A stretch of 15,499 nt of DNA from Candidatus Omnitrophota bacterium (GCA_013203315.1 JABMQJ010000021.1:1-15499), one strand, 5' to 3'. Shown: positions 1 to 11,300, counted from the first letter of the stretch. The notes: generated by a model from the sequence alone, not told the origin. Numbers and translations: made by a program.

Positions 1-141
1 CATTTGTTATTCCAAGATTTCCGTTATTACGCCTGCGCCTACGGTGTGTCCACCTTCGCGTATGGCGAATCTTAAACCTTTTTCCATGGCTATGGGCTCA
101 ATCAGCGTGACATCGATGGTGACGTTATCGCCCGGCATAAC
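1..141. repeat. 141-bp terminal direct repeat, copy 1 (identical to 15359..15499)
   Basis: Base-by-base comparison: catttgttattccaag...cccggcataac occurs at both ends of the window. It covers the last 135 nt of tuf plus CAAATG. Confidence 0.97.
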
Positions 142-1203
142 CATTTCAATGCCCTTTGGAAGAGTGGCGCTGCCTGTGACATCAGTTGTTCTGAAGTAGA
201 ACTGGGGCCTGTATCCGTTAAAGAACGGAGTGTGTCGGCCGCCCTCTTCTTTTGTTAAAACATATATTTCGCCCTTAAACTTGGTGTGCGGGTTTATGCT
301 TCCCGGCTTTGCGAGAACCTGGCCTCTTGTGAGGTCTTTCTTTTCAACGCCTCTTAGAAGCACTCCTATATTGTCGCCTGCCTGGCCTGAATCCAGGATC
401 TTTCGGAACATTTCAACACCTGTTACGACGCTCTTCTTGGTGTCCTTTAAGCCTACGATTTCAATGGTTTCACCAGTCTTTACCTGTCCGCGTTCGACAC
501 GGCCTGTGCCTACTGTGCCACGTCCTGTTATTGAGAACACGTCTTCTAAGGGCATCAGGAAGGGCTTGTCAATGTCGCGCTTTGGTGTGGGGATGAATTC
601 GTCTACTGCCTTCATGAGCTCAAATATGCATGCTGCGGCTTCTTTGTCTGCGGGGTTTTGCATTGCCTTAAGAGCGCTTCCCTTTACTATAGGTGTTTTA
701 TCTCCGGGGAACTGGTATTTATTTAAAAGCTCCCTTACTTCGAGTTCTACTAAGTCCAGGAGTTCTTTATCATCTACGAGGTCTACTTTATTTAGGAATA
801 CTACGATTGCGGGAACGTTTACTTGGCGGGCTAAGAGGATGTGCTCTCTCGTCTGGGGCATCGGTCCGTCTGCTGCGGATACGACTAGTATCGCCCCGTC
901 CATCTGGGCGGCGCCTGTAATCATGTTCTTGATGTAGTCGGCGTGACCCGGACAGTCGATATGAGCGTAATGGCGCTTGTCTGTTTCATATTCGACGTGG
1001 GCTACTGCGATTGTAAGAATCTTATTTTTATCCCTTACCGCTCCGCCCTTTGCGATTTCTGCATACGACTTTGCTTGGGACTTGCCTTCTATTGCCAGGA
1101 CATTCGTGATTGCACTGGTAAGACATGTCTTACCGTGATCAATGTGTCCTATTGTTCCTACGTTTATGTGTGGCTTTGTGCGTTCAAATTTTGCTTTAGC
1201 CAT
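7..1203 (-). CDS. tuf: Elongation factor Tu (398 aa)
   Basis: Motifs [46 protein letters not shown] and RFAIREGG; lies downstream of fusA; strong SD. Confidence 0.99.
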   Translation of the reverse strand: MAKAKFERTKPHINVGTIGHIDHGKTCLTSAITNVLAIEGKSQAKSYAEIAKGGAVRDKNKILTIAVAHVEYETDKRHYAHIDCPGHADYIKNMITGAAQMDGAILVVSAADGPMPQTREHILLARQVNVPAIVVFLNKVDLVDDKELLDLVELEVRELLNKYQFPGDKTPIVKGSALKAMQNPADKEAAACIFELMKAVDEFIPTPKRDIDKPFLMPLEDVFSITGRGTVGTGRVERGQVKTGETIEIVGLKDTKKSVVTGVEMFRKILDSGQAGDNIGVLLRGVEKKDLTRGQVLAKPGSINPHTKFKGEIYVLTKEEGGRHTPFFNGYRPQFYFRTTDVTGSATLPKGIEMVMPGDNVTIDVTLIEPIAMEKGLRFAIREGGHTVGAGVITEILE

Positions 1204-1208
1204 TTTTT

Positions 1209-1216
1209 CCTCCTTA
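1209..1216 (-). promoter_or_regulatory. Shine-Dalgarno site of tuf (TAAGGAGG)
   Basis: Minus strand reads TAAGGAGG-AAAAA-ATG, a consensus SD 5 nt before the start codon. Confidence 0.9.
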
Positions 1217-1243
1217 AAATTATATGTTAATTCCGTACTGGTA

Positions 1244-3364
1244 CTACTTTATAAACTCGCCTTGAATCAATTTTTCCGATATATTCTTAGGCACTTCTTG
1301 GTAAAAAGAAGGCTCCATTGTATAGGTTGCGCGGCCTTGTGTCAAGCTTCTTATTGCGGTTGCGTAGCCGAACATTTCAGCAAGCGGCACAAAAGCTCGT
1401 ACGATTTTTGCATTTCCTCTTTGTTCTATGGCTTCTACCTTAGCTCGTCGGGAACTCATGTCTCCCAGGGCATCCCCGAGGTATTCCTCAGGAGTTGTAA
1501 CCTCTAAATCCATTATTGGTTCCATCAAAACGCTTCCGGCACTCTTTAGGCCATCGCGAAGCGCGATGGAAGCGGCCATACTGAATGCTAATTCAGATGA
1601 ATCAACATCATGAAAAGAGCCGTCATAGAGCGTTACCATTATATCTATAACCGGGAAACCTCCGATAACACCACTTTTTGCCGCTTCGTTAATACCCTTT
1701 TCTATGGGTTTTATATATTCCCGCGGGATCTGTCCGCCTTTTATTTTATTCACAAAAACGATGCCTTCGCCTTTTTTTGCGGGTTCCAATTCAATTTCAA
1801 CGTGCCCGTATTGACCGTGTCCGCCGGACTGTTGTATAAACTTACCGGTAGACTCTACTTTTTTCTTTACAGTTTCCTTATAAGCAACATGCGGCTTTCC
1901 TATTTTTGCGTTAACATTAAATTCTCGTTGTATCCTACTGACAACTACTTCAAGATGAAGTTCGCCCATGCCGTTAACAAGGGTCTGGGCCGTGTCCTGG
2001 TTATATTTTACGGTGAATGTCGGGTCTTCTTCTGTCATTTTCCGTAGGGCCTTAGCAAGTTTGTCCTGGTCTGCCTTTGTAGCCGGCTCGATCGCCATGG
2101 AAATAACTGGTTCCGGAAAATGTATTCTTTCCAGGAGAATGGGTTTTTCTTCTTCGCAGAGAGTGTCTCCGGTAGTTGTTTTCTTTAAACCGACTACTGC
2201 CACGATCTCCCCCGCTGAAGCTGTATCTATAATTTCCTGCTTATCTGCGTGCATGCGAACAATCTTCCCTATTCGTTCCTCGGAATTTTTTGTGGCGTTA
2301 TATATGTACTCGCCCTGGCGTAACACACCGGAATAGACTCTTGTGAAGATGAGTTTGCCCACAAATGGGTCCGCCATTATTTTAAAAGCAAGCGCGCATA
2401 CGCTTTCGCTCGCGTCAGTGCGCCTTGTAATCTCGGTGTTGTCTTTAGGGTTAATCCCTGTAACTGTCGGAATGTCCTCCGGAGAAGGGAGGTAATCAGC
2501 TATCCCGTCTATCAGAAACTCAACACCTTTATTACGGAAAGCTGAACCGCAAAAAACCGGCACAAATTTATTATTTATTGTCGCTCTTCTTATATATTTC
2601 TTTAACTCGTGCGGATATATTCCGCCGTCGTGAACATATCTATCCATAGCCTCTTCGTCTGCTTCAGCGATTCTTGCGATTAAATCATGCCTATAGTGGC
2701 TAGCCTGTTTCTTTACGCTCTCAGGGATCGGTATCTCACTATATACAACATCAGTATCTTCGCCCTTAAATTCATACGCCTTCATATTGACAAGGTCGAC
2801 AACGCCCTTAAAGCCGCTTTCGCGGCCGATCGGTATCTCTACGGGGTGCGCGTTTGTGCCGAGCCTATTCCTTACATGTTCAGTAGCTTTAAAGAAATCA
2901 CCTCCGACCCTGTCAAGCTTATTAATGAACGCTATTCTAGGGACACCATATCTGTCTGCCTGGCGCCATACCGTTTCTGATTGAGGCTGTACACCCGCTA
3001 CACCGCAAAAAACTACGACCGCTCCATCTAAGACTTTAAGACTTCGTTCGACTTCTATGGTAAAATCAACGTGGCCCGGGGTGTCGATAATGTTAAATGT
3101 TTTATCTTTCCAGGAGCATGTTATGGCGGCGCTGGTAATTGTAATGCCGCGTTCCTGTTCCTGCTCCATCCAATCGGTGGTTGTGGTACCGTCGTCTACG
3201 TCACCTATTTTATGTATTTTCCCCGCATGATACAGAATGCGTTCGGTAAGCGTTGTCTTACCGGCGTCTATGTGCGCGATAATTCCTATGTTTCGAGTGT
3301 TCTGTAAATTTGGCATCTCTTTAGTAACCGTTTCCTCATTTTCTTCAAGCGTTAAACTTGACAT
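1244..3364 (-). CDS. fusA: Elongation factor G (706 aa; alternative start at 3316 gives 690 aa)
   Basis: Motifs [44 protein letters not shown] and FHDVDSS; lies between rpsG and tuf. Start codon uncertain. Confidence 0.98.
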   Translation of the reverse strand: MSSLTLEENEETVTKEMPNLQNTRNIGIIAHIDAGKTTLTERILYHAGKIHKIGDVDDGTTTTDWMEQEQERGITITSAAITCSWKDKTFNIIDTPGHVDFTIEVERSLKVLDGAVVVFCGVAGVQPQSETVWRQADRYGVPRIAFINKLDRVGGDFFKATEHVRNRLGTNAHPVEIPIGRESGFKGVVDLVNMKAYEFKGEDTDVVYSEIPIPESVKKQASHYRHDLIARIAEADEEAMDRYVHDGGIYPHELKKYIRRATINNKFVPVFCGSAFRNKGVEFLIDGIADYLPSPEDIPTVTGINPKDNTEITRRTDASESVCALAFKIMADPFVGKLIFTRVYSGVLRQGEYIYNATKNSEERIGKIVRMHADKQEIIDTASAGEIVAVVGLKKTTTGDTLCEEEKPILLERIHFPEPVISMAIEPATKADQDKLAKALRKMTEEDPTFTVKYNQDTAQTLVNGMGELHLEVVVSRIQREFNVNAKIGKPHVAYKETVKKKVESTGKFIQQSGGHGQYGHVEIELEPAKKGEGIVFVNKIKGGQIPREYIKPIEKGINEAAKSGVIGGFPVIDIMVTLYDGSFHDVDSSELAFSMAASIALRDGLKSAGSVLMEPIMDLEVTTPEEYLGDALGDMSSRRAKVEAIEQRGNAKIVRAFVPLAEMFGYATAIRSLTQGRATYTMEPSFYQEVPKNISEKLIQGEFIK

Positions 3365-3367
3365 TGT

Positions 3368-3391
3368 TCCAAACTACCATCCAAACTACCA
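3368..3391. repeat. Perfect 12-bp tandem duplication (TCCAAACTACCA x2)
   Basis: 3368..3379 and 3380..3391 are identical; the repeat spans the last rpsG codon, its stop and most of the rpsG-fusA spacer. Confidence 0.92.
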
Positions 3392-3856
3392 CTTGTAGTG
3401 ACTAAAGGCCTTGTTAGCTTCGGCCATCCTATGCATGTCTTCTCTTTTCTTTAAAGCAGCGCCTGTCTTGTTGTATGCGTCAATGAGTTCGCCGGCCAAC
3501 TTCTCTTTCATGGGCTTGCCTTTTTTCTTACGGGCGAAATCACGAATCCACATCATTGACATGAAATTTCCGCGTGACCTCTCCACTTCCATGGGGATCT
3601 GATATGTAGCGCCGCCTATTCGCCTCGGTCTTACTTCAAGTAGCGGCCTTGCGCTATCTATGGCTTTCTCAAATATCTCTAAAGGATTGCTATTTTCGAT
3701 TTTTTTCGATATAACACCAAGGGCTCCATACACGATAGATTCCGCTACTGACTTCTTACCTTTCACCATTACCATATTGATGAATCTTGAAACCAGGGCA
3801 CTGTTATATTTTGGATCCGGTAAAACTTCTCTTTTTTCCGCTCTTCTGCGTCTCAT
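3386..3856 (-). CDS. rpsG: 30S ribosomal protein S7 (uS7, 156 aa)
   Basis: Motifs [28 protein letters not shown] and [10 protein letters not shown]; lies between rpsL and fusA. Confidence 0.99.
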   Translation of the reverse strand: MRRRRAEKREVLPDPKYNSALVSRFINMVMVKGKKSVAESIVYGALGVISKKIENSNPLEIFEKAIDSARPLLEVRPRRIGGATYQIPMEVERSRGNFMSMMWIRDFARKKKGKPMKEKLAGELIDAYNKTGAALKKREDMHRMAEANKAFSHYKW

Positions 3857-3868
3857 GTTTTCCCTTCT

Positions 3869-4243
3869 TTATTTCTTAGGCATCTTCGCCCCGTACTTGG
3901 AGCGAGATTTTTTTCTGTCCGTAACACCGGCAGTATCTAGCGTTCCCCTTACAATGTGATACCTGACGCCCGGCAAATCCTTAACCTTTCCGCCTCTTAT
4001 CGTTACGATTGAGTGCTCCTGAAGGTTGTGGCCAACACCCGGTATGTAAGCGGTAACCTCGATACCATTTGTTAGCCTTACCCTTGCGACCTTTCTGAGC
4101 GCTGAGTTTGGCTTCTTCGGCGTTTGCGTTTTAACCTGCAGGCACACGCCCCTTTTTTGAGGGCACGTCTCCAGGGCCGGTGACTTTGTTTTTGCATTAA
4201 ATTTCTTTCTGCCGATTCTTATAAGCTGGTTTATTGTAGGCAT
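3869..4243 (-). CDS. rpsL: 30S ribosomal protein S12 (uS12, 124 aa)
   Basis: Motifs [36 protein letters not shown] and RSKYGAK. Confidence 0.99.
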   Translation of the reverse strand: MPTINQLIRIGRKKFNAKTKSPALETCPQKRGVCLQVKTQTPKKPNSALRKVARVRLTNGIEVTAYIPGVGHNLQEHSIVTIRGGKVKDLPGVRYHIVRGTLDTAGVTDRKKSRSKYGAKMPKK

Positions 4244-4249
4244 GTTTAT

Positions 4250-7200
4250 TTACTTCTTGCCCTTCTTTTTTGGTTTCTTTACTTCTTTCTTTTTTGCTTT
4301 TGTCTCAGTCTTTTTATTTTTATCTTTTTCGGTAGCCGCCGGTTCAGCCGTATCTTCTTGCGGTTTTTTTGTATCTTTTCTGGCTTTTTTATCTTCAAAA
4401 ATGTTTCTTACGATTTCGATATCTCTGTGGCTCTTAAAACCTGTCCCGGCCGGAATAAGGTGCCCCATGATGATATTTTCTTTAAGGCCCTTGAGATTAT
4501 CAACCTTGCCCCCGGCAGCAGCTTCTGTTAGTATTCGCGTTGTTTCCTGGAAGCTTGCCGCAGAGATAAAGCTTTCGGTCGTGAGTGAAGCCTTCGTGAT
4601 TCCCAAAAGAACCGGTGTTGCGCTTGCTGCCTTACCTTTTTTCTTGAGAATTTTATCGTTTTCTATTTTAAACCTTGTCCTGTCTACCTGTTCACCTATT
4701 ATAAAAGGCGTATCCCCGGGATCCTCAATCTTAATCTTTTTAAGCATCTGGCGTATTATTGTCTCAATGTGCTTATCATTAATCTTTACGCCCTGCAGCC
4801 TGTAGACCTCCTGAACCTCGTTCAAAAGATATTCCTGGAGCACTTTTTCGCCGGATACCTTTAATATGTCCTGCGGCACTACGGGGCCGTCGATCAACTG
4901 TTGGCCGGCAACAACCCTGTCACCCTTATAGACGTTAAGGTGCTTGCCGTGCGGTATAACGTATTCTTTCTTCATGCCTGCAGGGCTACTAACTACAACC
5001 CTTTTTTGTCCCTTCTTAGATTCTCCGAATTCAACCGTGCCGTCAATTTCGCTTATAATCGCAGGGTCCTTGGGACGCCTTGCCTCAAAAAGTTCGGCAA
5101 CGCGCGGAAGGCCGCCTGTGATATCTTTTGTCTTTGTTATTTGGCGGGGTGTTTTCGCAAGGACATCTCCCGCAGAAACCCATTCTTTATCATTTACTGT
5201 GATAACCGCTCCGGGCGGAAGCGGGTAAATTGCCAAAACCTCGTTTTTCTTGTTCATCATGACGATTTCCGGATGGTAATCGCCCTTATGCTCCATTATG
5301 ATTTTGTTTTTAATCTTTGTCGAAGGATCAAGCTCCTCTTTCATCGTTACGCCGTCTTTAATATCTTCGTACCTTACCTTTCCTTCAACTTCTGTAAGAA
5401 TAGGTACTGTATACGGGTCCCATTTTACAATAATAGCCTTCTTGTCAACGGTGCCGCCTTCGGCAGTCATGAGCAACGCGCCCTGAGGCACCGTGTGCCT
5501 TTCGAGCTCTCTCCCTGATGAATCGCTTATGCTTATTTGGCCGTTTCTATTTAATACGATGAACTGGCCCTGCTTCTTACCGCTAACAACTTTTAAGGCG
5601 TGGTATTTTGCTAAACCTTTATTTCTGGACTCGATATATGACTGTTCGATTACGCGGGACGCCGTTCCGCCTATGTGGAATGTTCTCATTGTAAGCTGGG
5701 TGCCGGGCTCGCCTATTGATTGCGCCGCTATAATTCCGACCGCTTCTCCCAGCTCAACTAACTTGCCCGTTGAAAGATTGCGGCCGTAACATCTTGCACA
5801 CACTCCTCGTACTGCTTCACATGTTAAAACACTGCGTATTCTTATTTTTTCAATACCGGCATTTTCGATTTTTTCCGCCTTCTCCTCTGTAATCTCATGG
5901 CCGGCTTCTACCATTACTTCGTCTGTAACATGGTTTACAATGTTATCCAATGAGACTCTACCGATTATCCTTTCGGTAAGAGGAACAACGACTTCATCGC
6001 CTTCTATAATAGCGCTTACGAATATGCCGTTTAATGTATTGCAATCCGGCTCTGAAATGATTACATCCTGGGCAACATCTACAAGACGCCTGGTAAGATA
6101 CCCGGAGTCAGCTGTTTTAAGCGCTGTGTCAGCCAATCCTTTGCGTGCGCCGTGAGTGGAAATAAAATAGTCAAGCACCGTTAACCCTTCACGGAAATTT
6201 GCCATAATAGGAATCTCGATAATCTCACCGGAAGGCTTCGCCATAAGCCCTCTCATGCCGGCAAGCTGGCGGATTTGCTGCGTAGAACCACGTGCGCCGG
6301 AATCAGCCATCATAAAAATCGAGTTGAAAGAATCAAGTTCCTTAAAAATAAGGTCTGAAACCGCCTCAGTTGTGTGGGTCCATAAGTCAATAATCTTGTT
6401 ATAGCGCTCGCCGTCAGTTATAACACCTTTCTTATACTGGGCTTCGACTTTAGCGACTTCTGCTTTGGTTTTTTCGATATATGCACCTTTTTCGGTAGGA
6501 ATATGCAAATCATCTATCGAAATAGAAATGCCGGCAAGTGTCGCTTCCTCGAATCCGACTTCCTTAAGTTTATCCAAAAGCTCTACCGTTGCCTGGTGTC
6601 CTACCAGTTTATGGCAGGTCGTGATTATGTCGCTTATTTTCGATTTATTCATTAGTTCGTTAACAAACGGAACGCCGGGAGGGAGAATGTCATTAAAAAG
6701 AACTCTCCCTATGGTCGTTTGCTTGATTTCACCATTTATTCTCACCTTAATTTTTGCATGAAGCGCTACTTCTTCATCCTGGAACGCAATAATTACCTCT
6801 TCCGAGTCAGAGAAAATCTTACCTTCACCCTTAAGGCCGTCTTTTTCTTTTGTCAGATAATAGCAACCCAACACGATATCCTGAGACGGCACAACAATCG
6901 GCGCACCGTTAGACGGTGAAAATATATTATTTGTTGAAAGCATAAGAAGGCGCGTTTCCATCTGCGCTTCCAGTGAAAGCGGAACGTGAACCGCCATCTG
7001 GTCACCGTCAAAGTCAGCGTTAAAAGCGGCGCAAACAAGCGGATGGATTCTTATCGCCTTTCCCTCTATAAGTATCGGCTGAAAAGCTTGTACGCCAAGT
7101 CGGTGTAGTGTGGGTGCCCTGTTAAGCATAACCGGGTGGTCTTTTATTACTTCGTCCAGTATGTCCCAGACTTCAAGCTTTGCTTTTTCAACCATTTTTT

Positions 7201-8365
7201 TGGCGCTTTTTATAGTGTGCACAAAGCCTTTTTCTCTCAGCTTTCTAATGATAAAAGGCTCGAATAATTCCAACGCCATTTTTTTCGGTAACCCGCATTC
7301 ATGAAGCTTAAGCTCGGGACCGATAACGATAACGCTTCTACCGGAATAATCAACTCTTTTACCCAGGAGGTTTTGTCTAAACCGGCCCTGCTTGCCTTTC
7401 AGCATATCTGCGAGCGATTTTAACGGGCGATTTCCCGGGCCTAAAACCGGTCGGCCGTGCCTTCCGTTATCAAATAACGCATCAACTGCTTCCTGAAGCA
7501 TTCTCTTTTCGTTTCTTATGATTACTTCGGGGGCCTTGAGCTCTAAAAGCTTCTTTAAGCGGCTATTTCTATTGATAACCCTTCGATAAAGATCGTTTAG
7601 ATCGCTTGTTGCGAACCTTCCGCCGTCAAGCGGCACAAGCGGTCTTAAATCGGGCGGAATTACCGGAACCATGTCCAATACCATCCACTCCGGTTTGTTT
7701 CCTGAATTTCTAAAGTTTTCAATGACCTTTAAAATTTTCATGTTACGATTCTGTGTATGCGAAGCCTTTGCGTCGTGTATTTCACGTTTAAGTTTTTGTG
7801 ACAACTTACCTAGATCTGCTTCCTTTAAAAGCTCCTTGATTGCAACTGCGCCCATCTTTGCCACAAAGTCATTTCCATATTTTTCCCTATATTCGACATA
7901 ACGCTCTTCGTTTAAAAGTTCTTTTTTCTTGAGAGGTGTCTTACCGGGGTCAATAACAACGTATTCCTCATAGTAGAGAATCTTTTCGAGCTCTCTTGCG
8001 TTAAGCTGTAGGATATTTCCAATTCTTGAGGGAAGGGCTCTAAAAAACCATACATGCGAAACAGGGCATGCAAGCTCGATATGCCCCATCCTTTCGCGCC
8101 TGACGCTCGAACGCGTAACCTCAACACCGCAACGGTCGCAAGTGATACCTTTATGTTTTATTCTTTTATATTTTCCGCAATTACATTCATAGTCACGCGT
8201 GGGCCCGAATATGCGTTCGCAGAAAAGCCCGTCTTTTTCGGGCTTAAGCGTACGGTAATTAATGGTTTCGGGTTTTTTAACTTCTCCGCGAGACCACGAT
8301 TTAATTGTCTGGGAAGAACTCAAGCGTATGCTGATTGCGTCGAACTTGTTAATTCCGTCTATCAT
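4250..8365 (-). CDS. rpoC: DNA-directed RNA polymerase beta' subunit (1371 aa)
   Basis: Catalytic NADFDGD; N-terminal Zn finger CNC...CDRC; [10 protein letters not shown]; bridge helix [23 protein letters not shown]; trigger loop [12 protein letters not shown] overlap with rpoB and an AAGGAG SD. Confidence 0.99.
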   Translation of the reverse strand: MIDGINKFDAISIRLSSSQTIKSWSRGEVKKPETINYRTLKPEKDGLFCERIFGPTRDYECNCGKYKRIKHKGITCDRCGVEVTRSSVRRERMGHIELACPVSHVWFFRALPSRIGNILQLNARELEKILYYEEYVVIDPGKTPLKKKELLNEERYVEYREKYGNDFVAKMGAVAIKELLKEADLGKLSQKLKREIHDAKASHTQNRNMKILKVIENFRNSGNKPEWMVLDMVPVIPPDLRPLVPLDGGRFATSDLNDLYRRVINRNSRLKKLLELKAPEVIIRNEKRMLQEAVDALFDNGRHGRPVLGPGNRPLKSLADMLKGKQGRFRQNLLGKRVDYSGRSVIVIGPELKLHECGLPKKMALELFEPFIIRKLREKGFVHTIKSAKKMVEKAKLEVWDILDEVIKDHPVMLNRAPTLHRLGVQAFQPILIEGKAIRIHPLVCAAFNADFDGDQMAVHVPLSLEAQMETRLLMLSTNNIFSPSNGAPIVVPSQDIVLGCYYLTKEKDGLKGEGKIFSDSEEVIIAFQDEEVALHAKIKVRINGEIKQTTIGRVLFNDILPPGVPFVNELMNKSKISDIITTCHKLVGHQATVELLDKLKEVGFEEATLAGISISIDDLHIPTEKGAYIEKTKAEVAKVEAQYKKGVITDGERYNKIIDLWTHTTEAVSDLIFKELDSFNSIFMMADSGARGSTQQIRQLAGMRGLMAKPSGEIIEIPIMANFREGLTVLDYFISTHGARKGLADTALKTADSGYLTRRLVDVAQDVIISEPDCNTLNGIFVSAIIEGDEVVVPLTERIIGRVSLDNIVNHVTDEVMVEAGHEITEEKAEKIENAGIEKIRIRSVLTCEAVRGVCARCYGRNLSTGKLVELGEAVGIIAAQSIGEPGTQLTMRTFHIGGTASRVIEQSYIESRNKGLAKYHALKVVSGKKQGQFIVLNRNGQISISDSSGRELERHTVPQGALLMTAEGGTVDKKAIIVKWDPYTVPILTEVEGKVRYEDIKDGVTMKEELDPSTKIKNKIIMEHKGDYHPEIVMMNKKNEVLAIYPLPPGAVITVNDKEWVSAGDVLAKTPRQITKTKDITGGLPRVAELFEARRPKDPAIISEIDGTVEFGESKKGQKRVVVSSPAGMKKEYVIPHGKHLNVYKGDRVVAGQQLIDGPVVPQDILKVSGEKVLQEYLLNEVQEVYRLQGVKINDKHIETIIRQMLKKIKIEDPGDTPFIIGEQVDRTRFKIENDKILKKKGKAASATPVLLGITKASLTTESFISAASFQETTRILTEAAAGGKVDNLKGLKENIIMGHLIPAGTGFKSHRDIEIVRNIFEDKKARKDTKKPQEDTAEPAATEKDKNKKTETKAKKKEVKKPKKKGKK

Positions 8366-11300
8366 AACTCCTTCTCCCCTTTATGTCGTTCCATTTTAAC
8401 GTCTAAACACAAGCTTTGCAATTCTTTCACAAGAACGTTGAACGACTCAGGTGTGCCGGGCTGAAAAGTGCTTTCTCCTTTTACAATTGCTTCGTATATT
8501 TTGGTCCTGCCCGTCACATCGTCACTTTTTACGGTTAAAAGTTCCTGGAGAGTGTATGCCGCACCGTATGCCTCCAGTGCCCAGACTTCCATTTCTCCGA
8601 ATCGCTGCCCTCCAAATTGAGCTTTACCGCCGAGAGGCTGTTGCGTGACCAAAGAATATGGCCCTATGCTCCTCGCATGGATTTTATCATCTACCAGGTG
8701 TATGAGCTTCATTATATATATGTAGCCGACCGTTATTCTCTGGTCGAAGGGCTTCCCGGTAAGGCCGTCAAAAACTTTTACTTTCCCGTCTTCCGGGATT
8801 TGCGCTTGCTTCATCTCTTTTTTTATTTCGCTCTCACGCGCGCCGTCAAAAACAGGCGTTGTTACATGAAAGCCGAGAACTTTTGCTGCCCAGCCAAGAT
8901 GTGTCTCCAGAATTTGGCCGACGTTCATTCGACTCGGAACACCCAGGGGATTTAAGACGATCTCGACAGGCGTGCCGTCTTCAAGAAACGGCATATCTTC
9001 CTCGGGTAAAATCTTCGCTACAACACCTTTGTTTCCGTGTCTACCGGCCATTTTATCGCCTACAGAAAGCCTCTTCTTGCTTGCAACGTAGACAACAACT
9101 CTTTTTAAAACTCCCGGCGGCAACTCGTCTCCTCTTTTTACCCTGTCTGCCTCTCTTTCCTGCTCGTAAGTTAACTCTTCTGTCTGAGCATCCAAAAGAC
9201 GCATTACCCTATTGATCTCGCTTTCCAGCTGAGGATTCCCTGCAATTTTAATATTATCCAGGTCCGCTTTTTGAATTTTACCGAGGTCTCTTGCCTTAAC
9301 AACGGTGTCGTGTTTTATCAATATCTTGCCGCTTTCGTTATCCAAAAGGCTTGCCATTAACCTCTGTCCTACCAGAAGCTTGTGAAGCTTGCGTGCTTTT
9401 TCTTCCTCAATTTTCCTTATCTGCGCGGAATAGATCTCCTCGATTTTCTTTATTTCTTTAAATTCTTCGGCACGCTCCACTTTTGTTTTTGAACGCGCTT
9501 CCTTTCGGGAAAAAACCTTAATATCAACCACAATTCCTTCTATGCCCGGCGGAACCGTAAGGGACGCGTCTCTTACGTCTCCCGCTTTCTCGCCGAATAT
9601 GGCGCGCAAAAGTTTTTCTTCCGGGGAAAGCTCAGTCTCTGATTTCGGCGTCACCTTTCCTGCAAGAATATCGCCGGGTGCAACTTCGGCGCCTATTCGA
9701 ATAATGCCGCCCGTGTCCAGATTACGCAGTGCGTCTTCGCCTACGTTTGGTATATCTCTTGTAATCTCCTCGTTACCTAGCCTTGTATCGCGTGCTTCTG
9801 TTTCAAACTCTTCTATGTGGACTGAAGTATACATGCCCTCTTTTACGACTCTTTCACTTATAAGAATAGCATCTTCAAAGTTATAACCACGCCACGGCAT
9901 AAACGCTACAAGCACATTGCGTCCCAACGCGATTTCCCCATTTTTTGTTGCTGCTCCGTCAGCCACGACCTCGCCTGCCATTACTTTCTGCCCTAACTTC
10001 ACAAGCGGCCTTTGATTTATGCAGGTATTTGCGTTGGAGCGCTCGAATTTTCTGAGTTTATTTTTTTTTCCGCTAATTACTATTTCTTCGGCGTCAACAT
10101 GGGTAACGGTTCCTTTTGTTTTCGAAACAATAACGGTACCGGAATCCTTCGCGGATCTGTATTCCATGCCGGTACCAATAAGGGGTGACTCGGTTTCAAG
10201 AAGGGGCACTGCCTGGCGTTGCATGTTTGATCCCATGAGCGCCCTGTTTGCGTCGTCGTGCTCCAAGAACGGAATTAAACTAGCTGCCACGCTGACCAGC
10301 TGGCACGGTGAAACATCCATGTATTGCACGTTTTTAGGGTCAGCCGATATAAAATCACGTTTGTATCTACAGAAGACCTTCTCGTTTATGAAAAAACCGC
10401 GCTTATCCAGTCTTTCGTTTGCCTGTGCGATGATATATTCGTCTTCAACGTCAGCCGAAAGATATTCGATTTTTTCACTGACCTTACTGCCTTCGACTTT
10501 TCTGTAAGGTGTTTCAAGAAAACCAAATTCGTTTACTTTTGCGTACGTGCTGAGTGAGGTAATAAGGCCGATATTCGGGCCTTCAGGCGTCTCAATCGGG
10601 CACATCCTGCCATAATGAGAATAGTGGACGTCCCTTACTTCAAAGCCTGCCCTTTCCCTGTTTAATCCTCCGGGTCCTAGAGCGCTTAAGCGTCTCTTGT
10701 GCGTAAGCTCAGCGAGAGGATTTGTTTGATCCATGAATTGCGAAAGTTGGCTTCTTCCGAAAAAGTCCTTTACGATACTTGAAACAAGTTTTGCGTTTAT
10801 TAAGTTATGAGGCATAACGCTGTCGAGGTCATATATGTTCATCCGCTCCCGAATTGACCTCTCAAGGCGCACCATGCTTATTCGCAACTGGTTAAGCAGG
10901 AGCTCTCCCACGGATCTTATCCTGCGGTTTCCGAGGTGGTCTATGTCATCAGCCGGCCCACCCTCATTTTTTATCTTCACCAATCTCTTTATTGCCTTTA
11001 TAAGCGTCTGGCTATCTATTGTTGCGTTCTCCAGAGGCGCTGACATGGAAAGTTTTCTATTTAGCATAAACCTTCCTACGCGGCCGAGGCTATATCTTTT
11101 GGGATCAAAAAATAATCTTTCTATTAAACTCATCGCAGAATCCAATGTAGGAGGGTCTCCGGGCCTTAGCTTCCTATATATATCCAGCAGCGCCTCTTCC
11201 TTGGATCTGGCGGTATCTTTTTCGAGCGTTTTAACTATCTCCGGACATTCTTCGCTTAATACGGAAAAGTCCCTTATCTTCGAATTCCACATTCTCTTTG

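Noticed and set aside
230-937. 235-aa plus-strand ORF antisense to tuf, and the many other plus-strand ORFs in the track (e.g. 4242..4805, 4901..5518, 10835..11392, 12042..12518)
   Set aside because: They lie opposite highly conserved genes, have no recognisable motifs and show the composition expected of antisense shadows.
1219-1224. TATAAT on the minus strand upstream of tuf as an internal promoter -10 box
   Set aside because: No -35 or extended -10 match, and the start site would fall inside the tuf SD; probably chance in an AT-rich spacer.
5126-5665. 180-aa insertion in the RpoC trigger loop as a possible intein or novel domain
   Set aside because: Position and size match the known lineage-specific beta' i6 (SI3) insertion; no intein-type terminal His-Asn or LAGLIDADG motif is visible.
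6853-7038. Short alternative-frame minus-strand ORFs inside rpoC (also 7912..8127)
   Set aside because: Short, fully nested in conserved rpoC sequence, with no recognisable product.
8362-8365. Possible rpoB-rpoC fusion
   Set aside because: The genes are in different frames with an ordinary ATGA overlap and a good AAGGAG SD for rpoC.
10061-10069. A9 homopolymer in rpoB as a slippage or phase-variation site
   Set aside because: The reading frame is intact, the run simply encodes G-K-K-N in a Lys-rich AT-biased gene, and switching off an essential gene is implausible.
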